In this document: positions 21,750 through 30,505 of the stretch, one piece after another
Layout: every line of letters begins with the position of its first letter
Numbering within the stretch: position 1 is the first letter of the stretch
Assembly (NCBI GenBank): GCA_000175855.1
Contig: ACYB01000042.1
Location: 210,001 to 242,000 of the forward strand
DNA: 32,000 nt
Direction: 5' to 3'
Source of the DNA: Raphidiopsis brookii D9
GTDB taxonomy: Bacteria; Cyanobacteriota; Cyanobacteriia; Cyanobacteriales; Nostocaceae
The notes under the pieces: generated by a model
Told to the model about the DNA's origin: nothing
Seen by the model: the letters and a program-made list of their open reading frames with translations, nothing else
The model's database searches: none
Made by a program: the position numbers and the translations under genes

Positions 21750-21788
21750 TAATTCGTCTTCAGGCTGGTTCGATTCCAGCAGGGCGCA
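21750..21788 (+). tRNA. 3' half of the putative intron-split tRNA
   Basis: TAA (loop 36-38) TTCGT (pairs with ACGAA) CTTCAG GCTGG-TTCGATT-CCAGC (T arm) AGGGCGC (pairs with GCGCCTT incl. one G:U) A73. Confidence 0.72.
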
Positions 21789-21808
21789 CTTAACTGCAAC
21801 ACAATTAA

Positions 21809-22489
21809 CTACATACCTTGTTGTTTAACTGGGTCCTCTAGACCCAACTCATGGAAAGCTGCCCAGCGCAACTGACAGGAGTCGCATACACCACAGGGTT
21901 GTTGGTCACCACTATAACAAGACCAGGTTAATTCCCAGGGTACACCTAAAAGGTTACCCAACTGGATAATTTGGCTTTTAGTTAAATTAATCAGGGGTGC
22001 GACAATGTCAATCCTCTTTCCTTCCCGACCCTGTTTAGTTCCTAAACGGAAAACCTCCTGCATGGCATGGATATAATCAGGACGACAGTCAGGATAGCCA
22101 GAATAATCTAAAGCGTTAACACCTATGTATACCCGTTCAGCCCTAATTGCTTCAGCATAGGCGAGAGCAAAGCTCAAAAAAATGGTATTCCGAGCAGGGA
22201 CATAGGTGATGGGAATGGACCCCGACATTTGGTCTAGGGGACGATTCTGAGGAACAGGGATGGAATTATCAGTTAAAGCTGATCCCCCCCAAGAACGTAA
22301 ATCAAAGGTGACCAGTTGATGTTCAACCACTTCTAGAGATTGGGCGATAGATATAGCTGATTGTAACTCTCGTCGATGTCGCTGGTGATAATCAAAAGAA
22401 ATAACATAGCATTCATAACCGTCTGCACGAGCCTGATATAAGACTGTAGACGAATCCAAACCTCCGGACAAAAGAATTACAGCTTTCAT
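21809..22489 (-). CDS. queC: 7-cyano-7-deazaguanine synthase (ORF open to 22657, but MKAVILLSGGLDSS is the expected start)
   Basis: AVILLSGGLDSSTVLY PP-loop, CYSGDQQPCGVCDSCQLR zinc cysteines. Confidence 0.96.
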   Translation of the reverse strand: MKAVILLSGGLDSSTVLYQARADGYECYVISFDYHQRHRRELQSAISIAQSLEVVEHQLVTFDLRSWGGSALTDNSIPVPQNRPLDQMSGSIPITYVPARNTIFLSFALAYAEAIRAERVYIGVNALDYSGYPDCRPDYIHAMQEVFRLGTKQGREGKRIDIVAPLINLTKSQIIQLGNLLGVPWELTWSCYSGDQQPCGVCDSCQLRWAAFHELGLEDPVKQQGM

Positions 22490-22638
22490 AATTGATTTTT
22501 GGTAAACTTCAAGGTAAATTGGGAATTGAACATAAAAAAAAACATAAATTTGAAAAATTTTAAAATTCTTCATAAACTGGGCTACTATGTTACCATTTGG
22601 ATGGTTTTGCACGGATAATGTTTGACAGTTTAGTATAA

Positions 22639-23768
22639 TTGCCAACAGCCGTAGCATTTTTTAATTTGGTGGTTGAGGAGAAAACAATAGTGCACAACAA
22701 TAGTATATCAGTTGCGGAACCAAACCTATACTCACAACGCACCCAACCGCGTGCAATTCGCATGGGGGTGATTGGTGTAGGTAACATGGGTCAACATCAT
22801 GCCCGGTTGCTCAGTTCCATGAAAGATGTGGAGCTAGTGGGGGTTTCTGATATTAACGTGGAGAGAGGAATAGAAACTGCCAGCAGGTATAAAGTTAGAT
22901 TTTTTGAAGAATACTGTGATTTATTACCCCATGTAGATGCTGTTTGTATTGTGGTGCCAACGAGACTCCATTATGCTGTAGGCATTAACTGTTTGCTTGC
23001 TGGAATTCACGTACTAATTGAAAACCCATTGCCGCGAGCATTCCCGAAGCAGAGTCTCTAGTAAATGCTGCCGCCCAATCCCAATGTATTTTACAGGTTG
23101 GACACATTGAGCGATTTAACCCAGCTTTTAGAGAACTAAGCCAGGTGTTGAAAACCGAAGAGGTTTTAGCATTAGAGTCCCATAGGATGAGCCCCTATTC
23201 AAGTCGAGCTAATGATGTATCAGTGGTACTAGACCTAATGATACATGACATAGACTTGCTGTTAGAGTTAGCTGGTTCATCAGTGGTCAAATTAACAGCC
23301 AATGGCACACGTTCCCTAGATTCAGGATATTTAGATTACGTCACTGCTACCCTAGGGTTTGCGAATGGCATTGTGGCCACTCTCACAGCTAGTAAGGTCA
23401 CCCACCGAAAAATTCGCCGCATCGTCGCTCATTGTAAAAATTCACTTACGGAAGCTGATTTTCTCAACAATGAAATTTTTATTCATCGACAAAATACCAA
23501 TCCCCAGAACGACCGTCAGACTCTTTATAGACAAGATGGCATCATAGAAAAAGTCTATACTAGTAACATTCAACCCTTAAGTGCCGAGTTGGAACATTTT
23601 GTCAACTGTGTACGTGGGGGTAATCAGCCTTCTGTTGGTGGTGAACAAGCTCTAAAAGCTTTGAGACTGGCCAGTTTAATTGAGCAAATGGCCCTGGAAG
23701 AAAGAGTTTGGAATCCCTTAGAATGGCAGTCTGAATCTGTGTCCCAATCCCTAACCTCTAGCGTTTAG
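22639..23768 (+). CDS. Gfo/Idh/MocA family oxidoreductase, split by an apparent 1-nt deletion at about 23021-23024
   Basis: RMGVIGVGNMGQHHARLL Rossmann motif; ORF 22639..23061 continues in another frame as ASIPEAESLVNAAAQSQCILQVGHIERFNPAF... into ORF 23145..23768. Adding one A at GAAAACCC restores ...IEKPIAASIPEAESLVNAA. Confidence 0.85.
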
Positions 23769-23863
23769 GAATGGCCATGGACTAAACTTACCAGTGGGAA
23801 ATGGGAGACTTATTAACCTAATTCTCCAGCAAGCACCAAGGACACACTTACAAACAATTCAGT

Positions 23864-24493
23864 ATGCTCGAATGGATTACCAACACAATTAACTCTCTAG
23901 GATATATAGGAATTGCTATGATGATGTTCCTAGAAAATCTCTTTCCTCCTATACCCTCGGAACTGATTATGCCATTGGCAGGATTTACAGCCAGTCCCTA
24001 TCAACCAGGAGGAGCAAAACTGAATATCATTGGGGTGTTTTTTTCGGGACTGGTGGGCTCGACACTTGGTGCCCTTATATGGTACTATCCAGGCAAGTTG
24101 TTACAAGAACAACAGTTGAAAAAACTGGCTAGAAAATATGGTAAGTGGTTGGCTATATCCAGCGATGATATTGATAAGGCTAAAACCTGGTTTAATAGAC
24201 AGGGTGGCAAGGCGGTTTTAATGGGTCGTTTAGTACCGGGAATCCGCACCTTGATTTCCATTCCTGCTGGGATGGCCAACATGCCCATGTTGCCCTTCTT
24301 GCTGTATACCACCCTTGGTAGTGCAGTATGGGTTGGCTTTTTGACATATTCCGGATACCTTTTGGGAACCCAGTATAAGCTTGTGGAAGAATACATAGAC
24401 CCCATATCCAAAATTGTTTTGGTTGGTATATTAGTATTATTTTTCTTTGGGTATTTAAGCGCAAAAGTCAACAGATCCGTAGATAAATTCTGA
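23864..24493 (+). CDS. DedA family membrane protein
   Basis: MFLENLFPPIPSELIMPLAGF, GKWLAISSDDIDKAKTWFNRQGGKAVLMGRLVPGIRTLISIPAGMANM. Confidence 0.93.
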   Translation: MLEWITNTINSLGYIGIAMMMFLENLFPPIPSELIMPLAGFTASPYQPGGAKLNIIGVFFSGLVGSTLGALIWYYPGKLLQEQQLKKLARKYGKWLAISSDDIDKAKTWFNRQGGKAVLMGRLVPGIRTLISIPAGMANMPMLPFLLYTTLGSAVWVGFLTYSGYLLGTQYKLVEEYIDPISKIVLVGILVLFFFGYLSAKVNRSVDKF

Positions 24494-24598
24494 ATAGATA
24501 ACGATCCGCAACGGCAATTGGTAAGACTAGTTCAGAAACTATGTCAACATGTTAACTTCTTAGAATCAAGACCACCAAGTCAACAAACAGGAGACTTC

Positions 24599-25753
24599 AT
24601 GACAGAATCAACCCCCGTAGCCAATCCAATTAATTTGGCCGCTGTGCCTATGAATAGTGGCATTAGTAGACCAACTGTACCCAGCATCAGCTCTGCTCAT
24701 AAGCCAACTACTACTTCTGGAAAAAATATTCTTAGTGTTGATTTGGGCAGAACTTCTACTAAGACCTGCATAACTCGCGAACCAGGAACTGTAGTTTTTA
24801 TTCCCTCCAATGTTAAGCATATGTCCGCTGAACAGATACGGAGTGGAGTATTTGAAAGTAAAACGGCCGATCCCCTGATGGATTTGTGGTTGGAATATCA
24901 AGGAAGTGGCTATGCGGCCGGTCAATTAGCAGCAGACTTTGGTGCAGATCTAGGTGTTGGCAAATCTAAGGTAGAGGATGCTTTAATAAAAGTATTAGCT
25001 GCTGCTGGTTATTTCAAGCTACAAGAAGAAATTTCTGTAGTTTTAGGCCTACCCTTCCTTTCCCTAGAACAATTTGAAAAAGAAAAAGCACAGTTAATTA
25101 GCTTGTTGACTGGTCAACACATTGTTAACTTTCGTGGTGAGTCTATATCTGTCAGTATTACTAAAGTTTGGGTAATGCCAGAGGGCTATGGTAGTCTTTT
25201 GTGGACAGAGTCTCAACCAAATAAGAGTCCCTTAGTTCCCGATTTAACGAAAATTTCCGTGGGAATTGTGGATATTGGTCATCAAACCATTGATTTGATC
25301 ATGGTTGATCACTTTCGCTTTGCCCGAGGTCTTTCTCAAAGTGAAGATTTTGGCATGAGTGAGTTCTATCAGAGAGTTGCAGGCGAAATTGAGGGTGCTG
25401 ATAGCCAGTCTTTAGCACTTATTTCTGCTGTAAACAAACCAAAAGGTGAACGTTTTTATCGTCCTAAAGGCGTTACCAAGCCAACTAACCTGGATGATGT
25501 TCTCCCCAACTTGACGGAGCAGTTTTCTCGCGAAATTTGCTCTCGTGTCTTAGCTTGGTTGCCAGATCGGGTGACCGATGTAATTATCACCGGTGGTGGA
25601 GGTGAGTTCTTCTGGGGAGATATACAACGATTGCTTAAAGAGGCTAAAATTAACGCTTATTTGGCTGCTCCCTCTCGCGAAGCTAATGCTTTGGGACAAT
25701 ATCTTTATGGTGAAGCTCAATTATCTTCTAGTCGCGGTGTTGCTAGGCAATAA
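24599..25753 (+). CDS. ParM/Alp-like actin-family ATPase (ORF open from 24518; MTESTPVANP start likely)
   Basis: ILSVDLGRTSTKTCI (phosphate-1), VGIVDIGHQTIDLIMV (phosphate-2), VIITGGGGEFFWGDI (adenosine motif). Confidence 0.82.
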   Translation: MTESTPVANPINLAAVPMNSGISRPTVPSISSAHKPTTTSGKNILSVDLGRTSTKTCITREPGTVVFIPSNVKHMSAEQIRSGVFESKTADPLMDLWLEYQGSGYAAGQLAADFGADLGVGKSKVEDALIKVLAAAGYFKLQEEISVVLGLPFLSLEQFEKEKAQLISLLTGQHIVNFRGESISVSITKVWVMPEGYGSLLWTESQPNKSPLVPDLTKISVGIVDIGHQTIDLIMVDHFRFARGLSQSEDFGMSEFYQRVAGEIEGADSQSLALISAVNKPKGERFYRPKGVTKPTNLDDVLPNLTEQFSREICSRVLAWLPDRVTDVIITGGGGEFFWGDIQRLLKEAKINAYLAAPSREANALGQYLYGEAQLSSSRGVARQ

Positions 25754-25758
25754 AAACA

Positions 25759-26208
25759 ATGTTCCAGTGGTCAAGAAAGACAGTTAAATCCGTAAGTTTT
25801 AGTCCTGGGATTAGCGATGAGAGTCTACTGGCACAGGTGGAAAGTTATTTGCAGGTAAACCCCGGAAAGACTTTTAGTGACCTCTGTAAGGAATCTCTTT
25901 GGCAGTACCTGTGTGGTCTGGAATCCTCCTCGCCCACCCGTGGTACAATCCCCCTGTCTCCAGAGCAAAAAATCAGCGAGTTACAACGTCAGGTCAAGGA
26001 GCTTGAACAGCACTTTTTTGCTAGGGAATCTCATATTCTGCAACTTAGTCAACAGATAGCCCAACTTGCCAACGTGATCAATCAGGGACAATCTGTAGTT
26101 TCACAATTAAGCTTAGGCGCATTGAAACCGTCTGTTTCTCAACCGGTTCCAGTGGAAAAACCTGATCCTGTAATTGATAGGTTAAGCAGTTTAATAGATG
26201 ATTTTTAG
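25759..26208 (+). CDS. Small protein with possible N-terminal ribbon-helix-helix and coiled coil; candidate ParR-like partner of the upstream actin homologue
   Basis: 149 aa, starts 5 nt after the ParM-like stop. KTVKSVSFSPGISDESLLAQVESYLQVNPGKTFSDLCKESLWQYL resembles beta-helix-helix; followed by SELQRQVKELEQHFFARESHILQLSQQIAQLANVI coiled coil. Confidence 0.6.
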   Translation: MFQWSRKTVKSVSFSPGISDESLLAQVESYLQVNPGKTFSDLCKESLWQYLCGLESSSPTRGTIPLSPEQKISELQRQVKELEQHFFARESHILQLSQQIAQLANVINQGQSVVSQLSLGALKPSVSQPVPVEKPDPVIDRLSSLIDDF

Positions 26209-26210
26209 CT

Positions 26211-26257
26211 GAAATCGCCGAAAGGTACGAAAACAGAGAGTGCCTTTCGGCGATTTC
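26211..26257. terminator. Bidirectional hairpin terminator candidate between convergent genes
   Basis: Perfect 15-bp inverted repeat GAAATCGCCGAAAGG ... CCTTTCGGCGATTTC separated by 17 nt. Confidence 0.75.
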
Positions 26258-26260
26258 CTC

Positions 26261-26848
26261 CTAGTACTTTATTTGCCATCTTTTCCACAAATAACTAGCC
26301 AAGCAATTTGTGCAAGTGTGCGCTACAATAGGTACTAGTAAGTTACCACTCCATAGAGCACCATAGGATAGAACTATGCCGATAATTGTTGCCCACACCA
26401 CGTAGGGCCACTGTTTGGTGCCAGTGAGGTGCAGAACTCCAAAACAAAGACTGGAAATTATCACGGCTACATGATCTGAACCTAAAGCGGGTAGCATTAC
26501 ACCACGAAACAACAGTTCTTCGCTTAAACCAGGTAGCAGTCCTAACCATATTAAGTCAGGTAAAACCAAGGGTTTAAGTACCATACGAAGGTAATAATCA
26601 GCACTTTCACGATACTCAGAAGAAAGTCGATAGGCTAAACTGCTGAAAATGGTGATGCTCAAACCCAATCCTAAACCCCAAACTAAGTGTGTGGGTTGCC
26701 AGTACAACCTAAATAAGATAACATCTCCAAACCCTAACCAAAGTTTGGCAACTGTCCATAGGATAATGGCTGTTATTCCCATGGCTATTAGAACTTGGGT
26801 GCGTGAAAGCTCTGGGATCTCTGGTTCTTGTTTTTGTTGCTCTACCAC
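26261..26848 (-). CDS. CPBP family intramembrane glutamic endopeptidase
   Basis: LSEELLFRGVMLP (EExxxR), SLCFGVLHL, HTCTNCLASYLW motifs. Confidence 0.9.
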   Translation of the reverse strand: MVEQQKQEPEIPELSRTQVLIAMGITAIILWTVAKLWLGFGDVILFRLYWQPTHLVWGLGLGLSITIFSSLAYRLSSEYRESADYYLRMVLKPLVLPDLIWLGLLPGLSEELLFRGVMLPALGSDHVAVIISSLCFGVLHLTGTKQWPYVVWATIIGIVLSYGALWSGNLLVPIVAHTCTNCLASYLWKRWQIKY

Positions 26849-26888
26849 GGGTGTTAATTAGTTATCGCAAACGGCTGGGAAAAATAAA

Positions 26889-27917
26889 TTATTCTCTTAA
26901 TAATGCTTGGGGATTTACTCCGGCTTTATGAGATGCCAATACACCTATTGCCTCTAAATAAGAGGTTACTTGTATAGCTTTGATTCCTAAAGATGCAGCA
27001 GGTACGTTGATTAGTGTCTCATTGCCTGTAACCGTGACTATTTGACACTGTTTCTGACTTAGGCTCATGAGCAGACTACTACCACAAGCACCCGCAGGTG
27101 ATATGACAGCGTCTATCTCCTCTACCCAAATATCCCCAGGTAAACTTTTGTTTTTTTCACTGGTAATAAATTGGGGTGCACGACTCAGACCCACTAAAAC
27201 AGATGGCATATAAGTATAACCTATTTCTTCAGCAGCTGCAAGAGGTGATAAATCCAATTCGGGCAGTGATGTTGCTAAAGCTGGAGCATGGGCGCAAGGA
27301 ATTTTAAAATTTCGCACCAATAAATGACTAATTACAGCTTCAGCACCTGCTACCGGGTCCACCCCCTTTCCCTGACGATATTTTTCCTCCCCTTCCATAC
27401 TATCAGGAAATCTCCCTACTATTGCTATGGCTTCTACTTTTTCCGTGGTTACCAATTTTGCCGCCGCCCGTAACAAACTATCTGGGTTAGATATAGTTCC
27501 CCAACTTATTCCAGATGCTGATACACCTATTTCTACCCCTAGTGAAGTATCCGTAACTATACTGTCTACAATGTTTAAACCTAGGGTTGCTCTGGCCCCA
27601 TCCACCGTTTGTAAGTGCCGCAGCATTAAATCTGGCTCTATGGCTTTGTCTAAAATTACCCCTATTTTATTACTACGCACCGGGCGCAGTCCCCACTCTC
27701 CGGAGGCAAACTTATCTAAACCGTATCCCTCTACATAGTAAGAATTGGATATATTCCAGTATAGACTTGCACCATTCAGTACGTTGGGATGGGTAATCAG
27801 GCGATCGCACACCTGCGACATGACCCTAGCTAATGGTATCGCATCACCTGCGTAACCACCAATAGTAGCGCCTATGCCAGTTGGTATAATAAGAACTGCA
27901 GTGTATGGGCGTTTCAT
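26889..27917 (-). CDS. DUF3326 domain-containing protein
   Basis: 342 aa; TAVLIIPTGIGATIGGYAGDA..., CAHAPALA; family recognised from conserved cyanobacterial architecture. Confidence 0.7.
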   Translation of the reverse strand: MKRPYTAVLIIPTGIGATIGGYAGDAIPLARVMSQVCDRLITHPNVLNGASLYWNISNSYYVEGYGLDKFASGEWGLRPVRSNKIGVILDKAIEPDLMLRHLQTVDGARATLGLNIVDSIVTDTSLGVEIGVSASGISWGTISNPDSLLRAAAKLVTTEKVEAIAIVGRFPDSMEGEEKYRQGKGVDPVAGAEAVISHLLVRNFKIPCAHAPALATSLPELDLSPLAAAEEIGYTYMPSVLVGLSRAPQFITSEKNKSLPGDIWVEEIDAVISPAGACGSSLLMSLSQKQCQIVTVTGNETLINVPAASLGIKAIQVTSYLEAIGVLASHKAGVNPQALLRE

Positions 27918-27934
27918 CAGGTCAAGGCAATAGG

Positions 27935-28105
27935 TTAACGGGTAACTACTGCTTCCACGGTTGCTTTTTCTCTGATAGTATCTACAGAGGTTACAGCCCA
28001 GCGGAGGGGTTGACCTTGTTTTTTGATTTCTGCTTCAATGGTTTGTTGTAATTCTGCGGGGTTTTCTTGCAGATCTATTTCAGCGGTAATGAAATGGGTA
28101 GTCAT
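27935..28105 (-). CDS. Small conserved-looking protein (56 aa), not in the supplied ORF track
   Basis: Reading the minus strand: MTTHFITAEIDLQENPAELQQTIEAEIKKQGQPLRWAVTSVDTIREKATVEAVVTR*. Sits just upstream of the DUF3326 gene on the same strand. Confidence 0.65.
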   Translation of the reverse strand: MTTHFITAEIDLQENPAELQQTIEAEIKKQGQPLRWAVTSVDTIREKATVEAVVTR

Positions 28106-28199
28106 TTTGGTAAAGGTATTGATTTACGGTACTGATTCTAGTGAAGTACGGCCATTAGTTGTTAATTAGTTATTAATTATTAATATTAATTATTGGTTG

Positions 28200-28520
28200 T
28201 TAGTTGGCTGTACCAAATTGCTTTTGATAGACCACTTCTTCCTTTTCCGTTTCAATTTTTAGGTCTGAAAGAGGTTTAGCGACACAAAGCAAAGCATAAC
28301 CTTGGGCTTGCAGTTCTATTCCTACACCCATACCATCTGATTGATCAACAGTCCCTTCTGTAATTAAAGCTGCACAAGTGGTACATACTCCTGCGTGGCA
28401 GGAGGAAGGTAGGTCTAGTCCTGCTTGGTCAGCAACAGACAGTACGGTTTCACCTTTAGGAACTTCTAAATTATACTTTTTGCCTTGATGGTTGATTTCT
28501 ACGTGAAAGGTTTGGGTCAT
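28200..28520 (-). CDS. [2Fe-2S] plant-type ferredoxin
   Basis: LPSSCHAGVCTTCAALITEG...LLC cluster-ligand pattern CxxxxCxxC...C. Confidence 0.93.
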   Translation of the reverse strand: MTQTFHVEINHQGKKYNLEVPKGETVLSVADQAGLDLPSSCHAGVCTTCAALITEGTVDQSDGMGVGIELQAQGYALLCVAKPLSDLKIETEKEEVVYQKQFGTAN

Positions 28521-28592
28521 AAATTACCGATGCGTAAAAATGTGGTCTTTGAAAAAAATGCGAGAAAATAATGATCCGCAAACCATTATATC

Positions 28593-29576
28593 CTAGGAAT
28601 TGGGAAATTGGAAGAAGACCATTTTTGTCCCGACTACGGGACTTCTGGCAATTAGTTGATTCTGAGCATTAAGGATTTTTACATGAATCAGATCCATTTC
28701 TTGACAGCTCTTTAATATTTTTGCTGCTAACTTTTCCTTTTGTGAAGATTCTAATTTATACCAAGCCTCAGTTGTTTTGATAACTATCTCACTTATACGG
28801 AAATTAGTTTTAATTGATTGAACAATTTCTACCTCTATTCTTTGTTTATCTTTGGTTATTATATTTGTTGCGGTGATTTCTTTTAGCTGCTTTTCTATAA
28901 ACCCAGTTACTTCCTGTTGTGGTATTAATTCTGCTTGTGATTTGAGGATCGAATCGGTTGGTGGTTGACCTAATTGGGTTTCAGTTTTACCCTCAACAGT
29001 AGAATCGGTTGGTGGTTGACCTAATTGGGCTTCAGTTTTGTCATCAACAGTAGAATCAGTTAGTGGTTGACCTAGTTGGGGTTCAGTTTTACCCTCAACA
29101 GTAGAATCGGTTGGTGGTTGACCTAATTGGGTTTCAGTTTTGTCATCAACAGTAGAATCAGTTGATGATTGACTTGATTGGGGAACTGATGGAGAACCTA
29201 TTTGGGAAATCAAAGAAGTTGCTGTAACACCAATTGCCAACACTGCAAGAAAGGCAAAAATCATAGTCAAGAAACCATCGGATACATTATTAGCCACCTT
29301 AGAAGGTAAAAACAGACGAAACCCCCGTAAAAACTCATCCCATTTGGTAACAACCCATAGTAGGAGACCTCCTTTTTCTGGAGTCGTAGAAGCGGGGGAA
29401 GTCTCCAACCTAGTTACCATTGTCTCGAGAATTCCTATTGTCCCACGCAGCACCTGAATAATTAAAATTTTCCAAAATAGCGGTTTTTTATGGTATGCTC
29501 CCGAGGGAGATGTTTCTGGCAATTGTTGTTTAGACCTGGGCTTTTTATCTTGGGACATAATTAAATGTGTAAACAC
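28593..29576 (-). CDS. Hypothetical membrane protein with internal tandem repeats
   Basis: 327 aa; one TM segment (FLTMIFAFLAVLAIGVTATSLI) followed by repeated TDSTV(D/E)(D/G)KTExQLGQPP units. Confidence 0.7.
   Translation of the reverse strand: MFTHLIMSQDKKPRSKQQLPETSPSGAYHKKPLFWKILIIQVLRGTIGILETMVTRLETSPASTTPEKGGLLLWVVTKWDEFLRGFRLFLPSKVANNVSDGFLTMIFAFLAVLAIGVTATSLISQIGSPSVPQSSQSSTDSTVDDKTETQLGQPPTDSTVEGKTEPQLGQPLTDSTVDDKTEAQLGQPPTDSTVEGKTETQLGQPPTDSILKSQAELIPQQEVTGFIEKQLKEITATNIITKDKQRIEVEIVQSIKTNFRISEIVIKTTEAWYKLESSQKEKLAAKILKSCQEMDLIHVKILNAQNQLIARSPVVGTKMVFFQFPNS
28954..29164. repeat. About four tandem 51-bp units inside ORF 28593..29576
   Basis: Repeating GAATC(G/A)GTT(G/A)GTGGTTGACCTA(A/G)TTGGG(T/C/G)TTCAGTTTT..., alternating 'accctcaacagta' and 'gtcatcaacagta' subtypes. 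Confidence 0.85.
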
Positions 29577-29608
29577 TAGCTAATATATACTAATACATAT
29601 CAACGGTT

Positions 29609-30505
29609 ATGAAAAGACGAAAATTTTTTTTACTATGCGGTTTAGGTGCACTAGGATTAACTGTTGTAAGCAAAAACCTGACTAACAAAAACAGTCAAAA
29701 TGCTACCCCCAAGACTGCTATAGCTGGGAATGTCCAACCCCAGGGACCATTACTGCGATTTGTTTCCGTAGCAGACACGGGGACAGGAGATAAAGGACAG
29801 TATGCAGTAGCAAAAGCGATGAATGAATATCATCAAAAAAAACCCTACAACCTGATTATTTTGGCTGGAGACAACATTTATAACAATGGGGAAATTGAGA
29901 AAGTAGAAGCAGTTTTTGAACGTCCCTATCAACCCTTACTGGAAAAAGGCGTGAAATTTCATGCTTGCTTGGGCAATCACGACATTAGAACCGATAATGG
30001 TGTGCCTCAAGTCAATTATCCCAAATTTAACATGTTAGGGAGATACTATACCTTCACTCGAGAAAACGTTCAGTTTTTTGCTTTAGATACTAATGGCAAT
30101 GCGGACTGGAAAAATCAACTAATTTGGTTGGATAAAGAACTCAACTCCAGCAAAGCTGTTTGGAAGATAGTATTTGGTCATCACCCAATTTATGCTTCTG
30201 GTGTTTATGGGAGCAATGCCAATTTCATCAAAACCTTCACCCCCATATTTCAAAAGTATGGAGTTCAACTTTACATTAATGGTCACGAACATCATTATGA
30301 GCGAACTAAACCCATTAATGGCACAACCTATCTGATTTGTGGTGCAGGTGCGGGAAGTCGTCCCGTTGGTCGCTCCCCATGGACAGAATACTCTACTAGG
30401 GATTTGAGTTTTGCTGCTTATGATGTTTATGCAGATAGGATGGAAATTAACGCTATTGATACAAATAATCGTGTTTTTGATCGAGCAGTAATTCAAAGTA
30501 ATTAA
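29609..30505 (+). CDS. Secreted metallophosphoesterase (purple acid phosphatase-like)
   Basis: Signal-like N-terminus; SVADTGTGDKGQ, LAGDNIYNNG, ACLGNHDIRTDNG, VFGHHPIYASG, NGHEHHYER motifs. Confidence 0.92.
   Translation: MKRRKFFLLCGLGALGLTVVSKNLTNKNSQNATPKTAIAGNVQPQGPLLRFVSVADTGTGDKGQYAVAKAMNEYHQKKPYNLIILAGDNIYNNGEIEKVEAVFERPYQPLLEKGVKFHACLGNHDIRTDNGVPQVNYPKFNMLGRYYTFTRENVQFFALDTNGNADWKNQLIWLDKELNSSKAVWKIVFGHHPIYASGVYGSNANFIKTFTPIFQKYGVQLYINGHEHHYERTKPINGTTYLICGAGAGSRPVGRSPWTEYSTRDLSFAAYDVYADRMEINAIDTNNRVFDRAVIQSN

Noticed and set aside
19486-21788. Diversity-generating retroelement or retron interpretation for the RT ORF
   Set aside because: GTGCG 5' end, domain V/VI and thumb/HNH-like C-terminus match a group II intron; no TR/VR repeats or msr/msd-like structure seen.
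28130-28200. AT-rich motif ttaattattaatattaattatt as a CRISPR or iteron array
   Set aside because: Low-complexity intergenic AT sequence without regular repeat-spacer structure.
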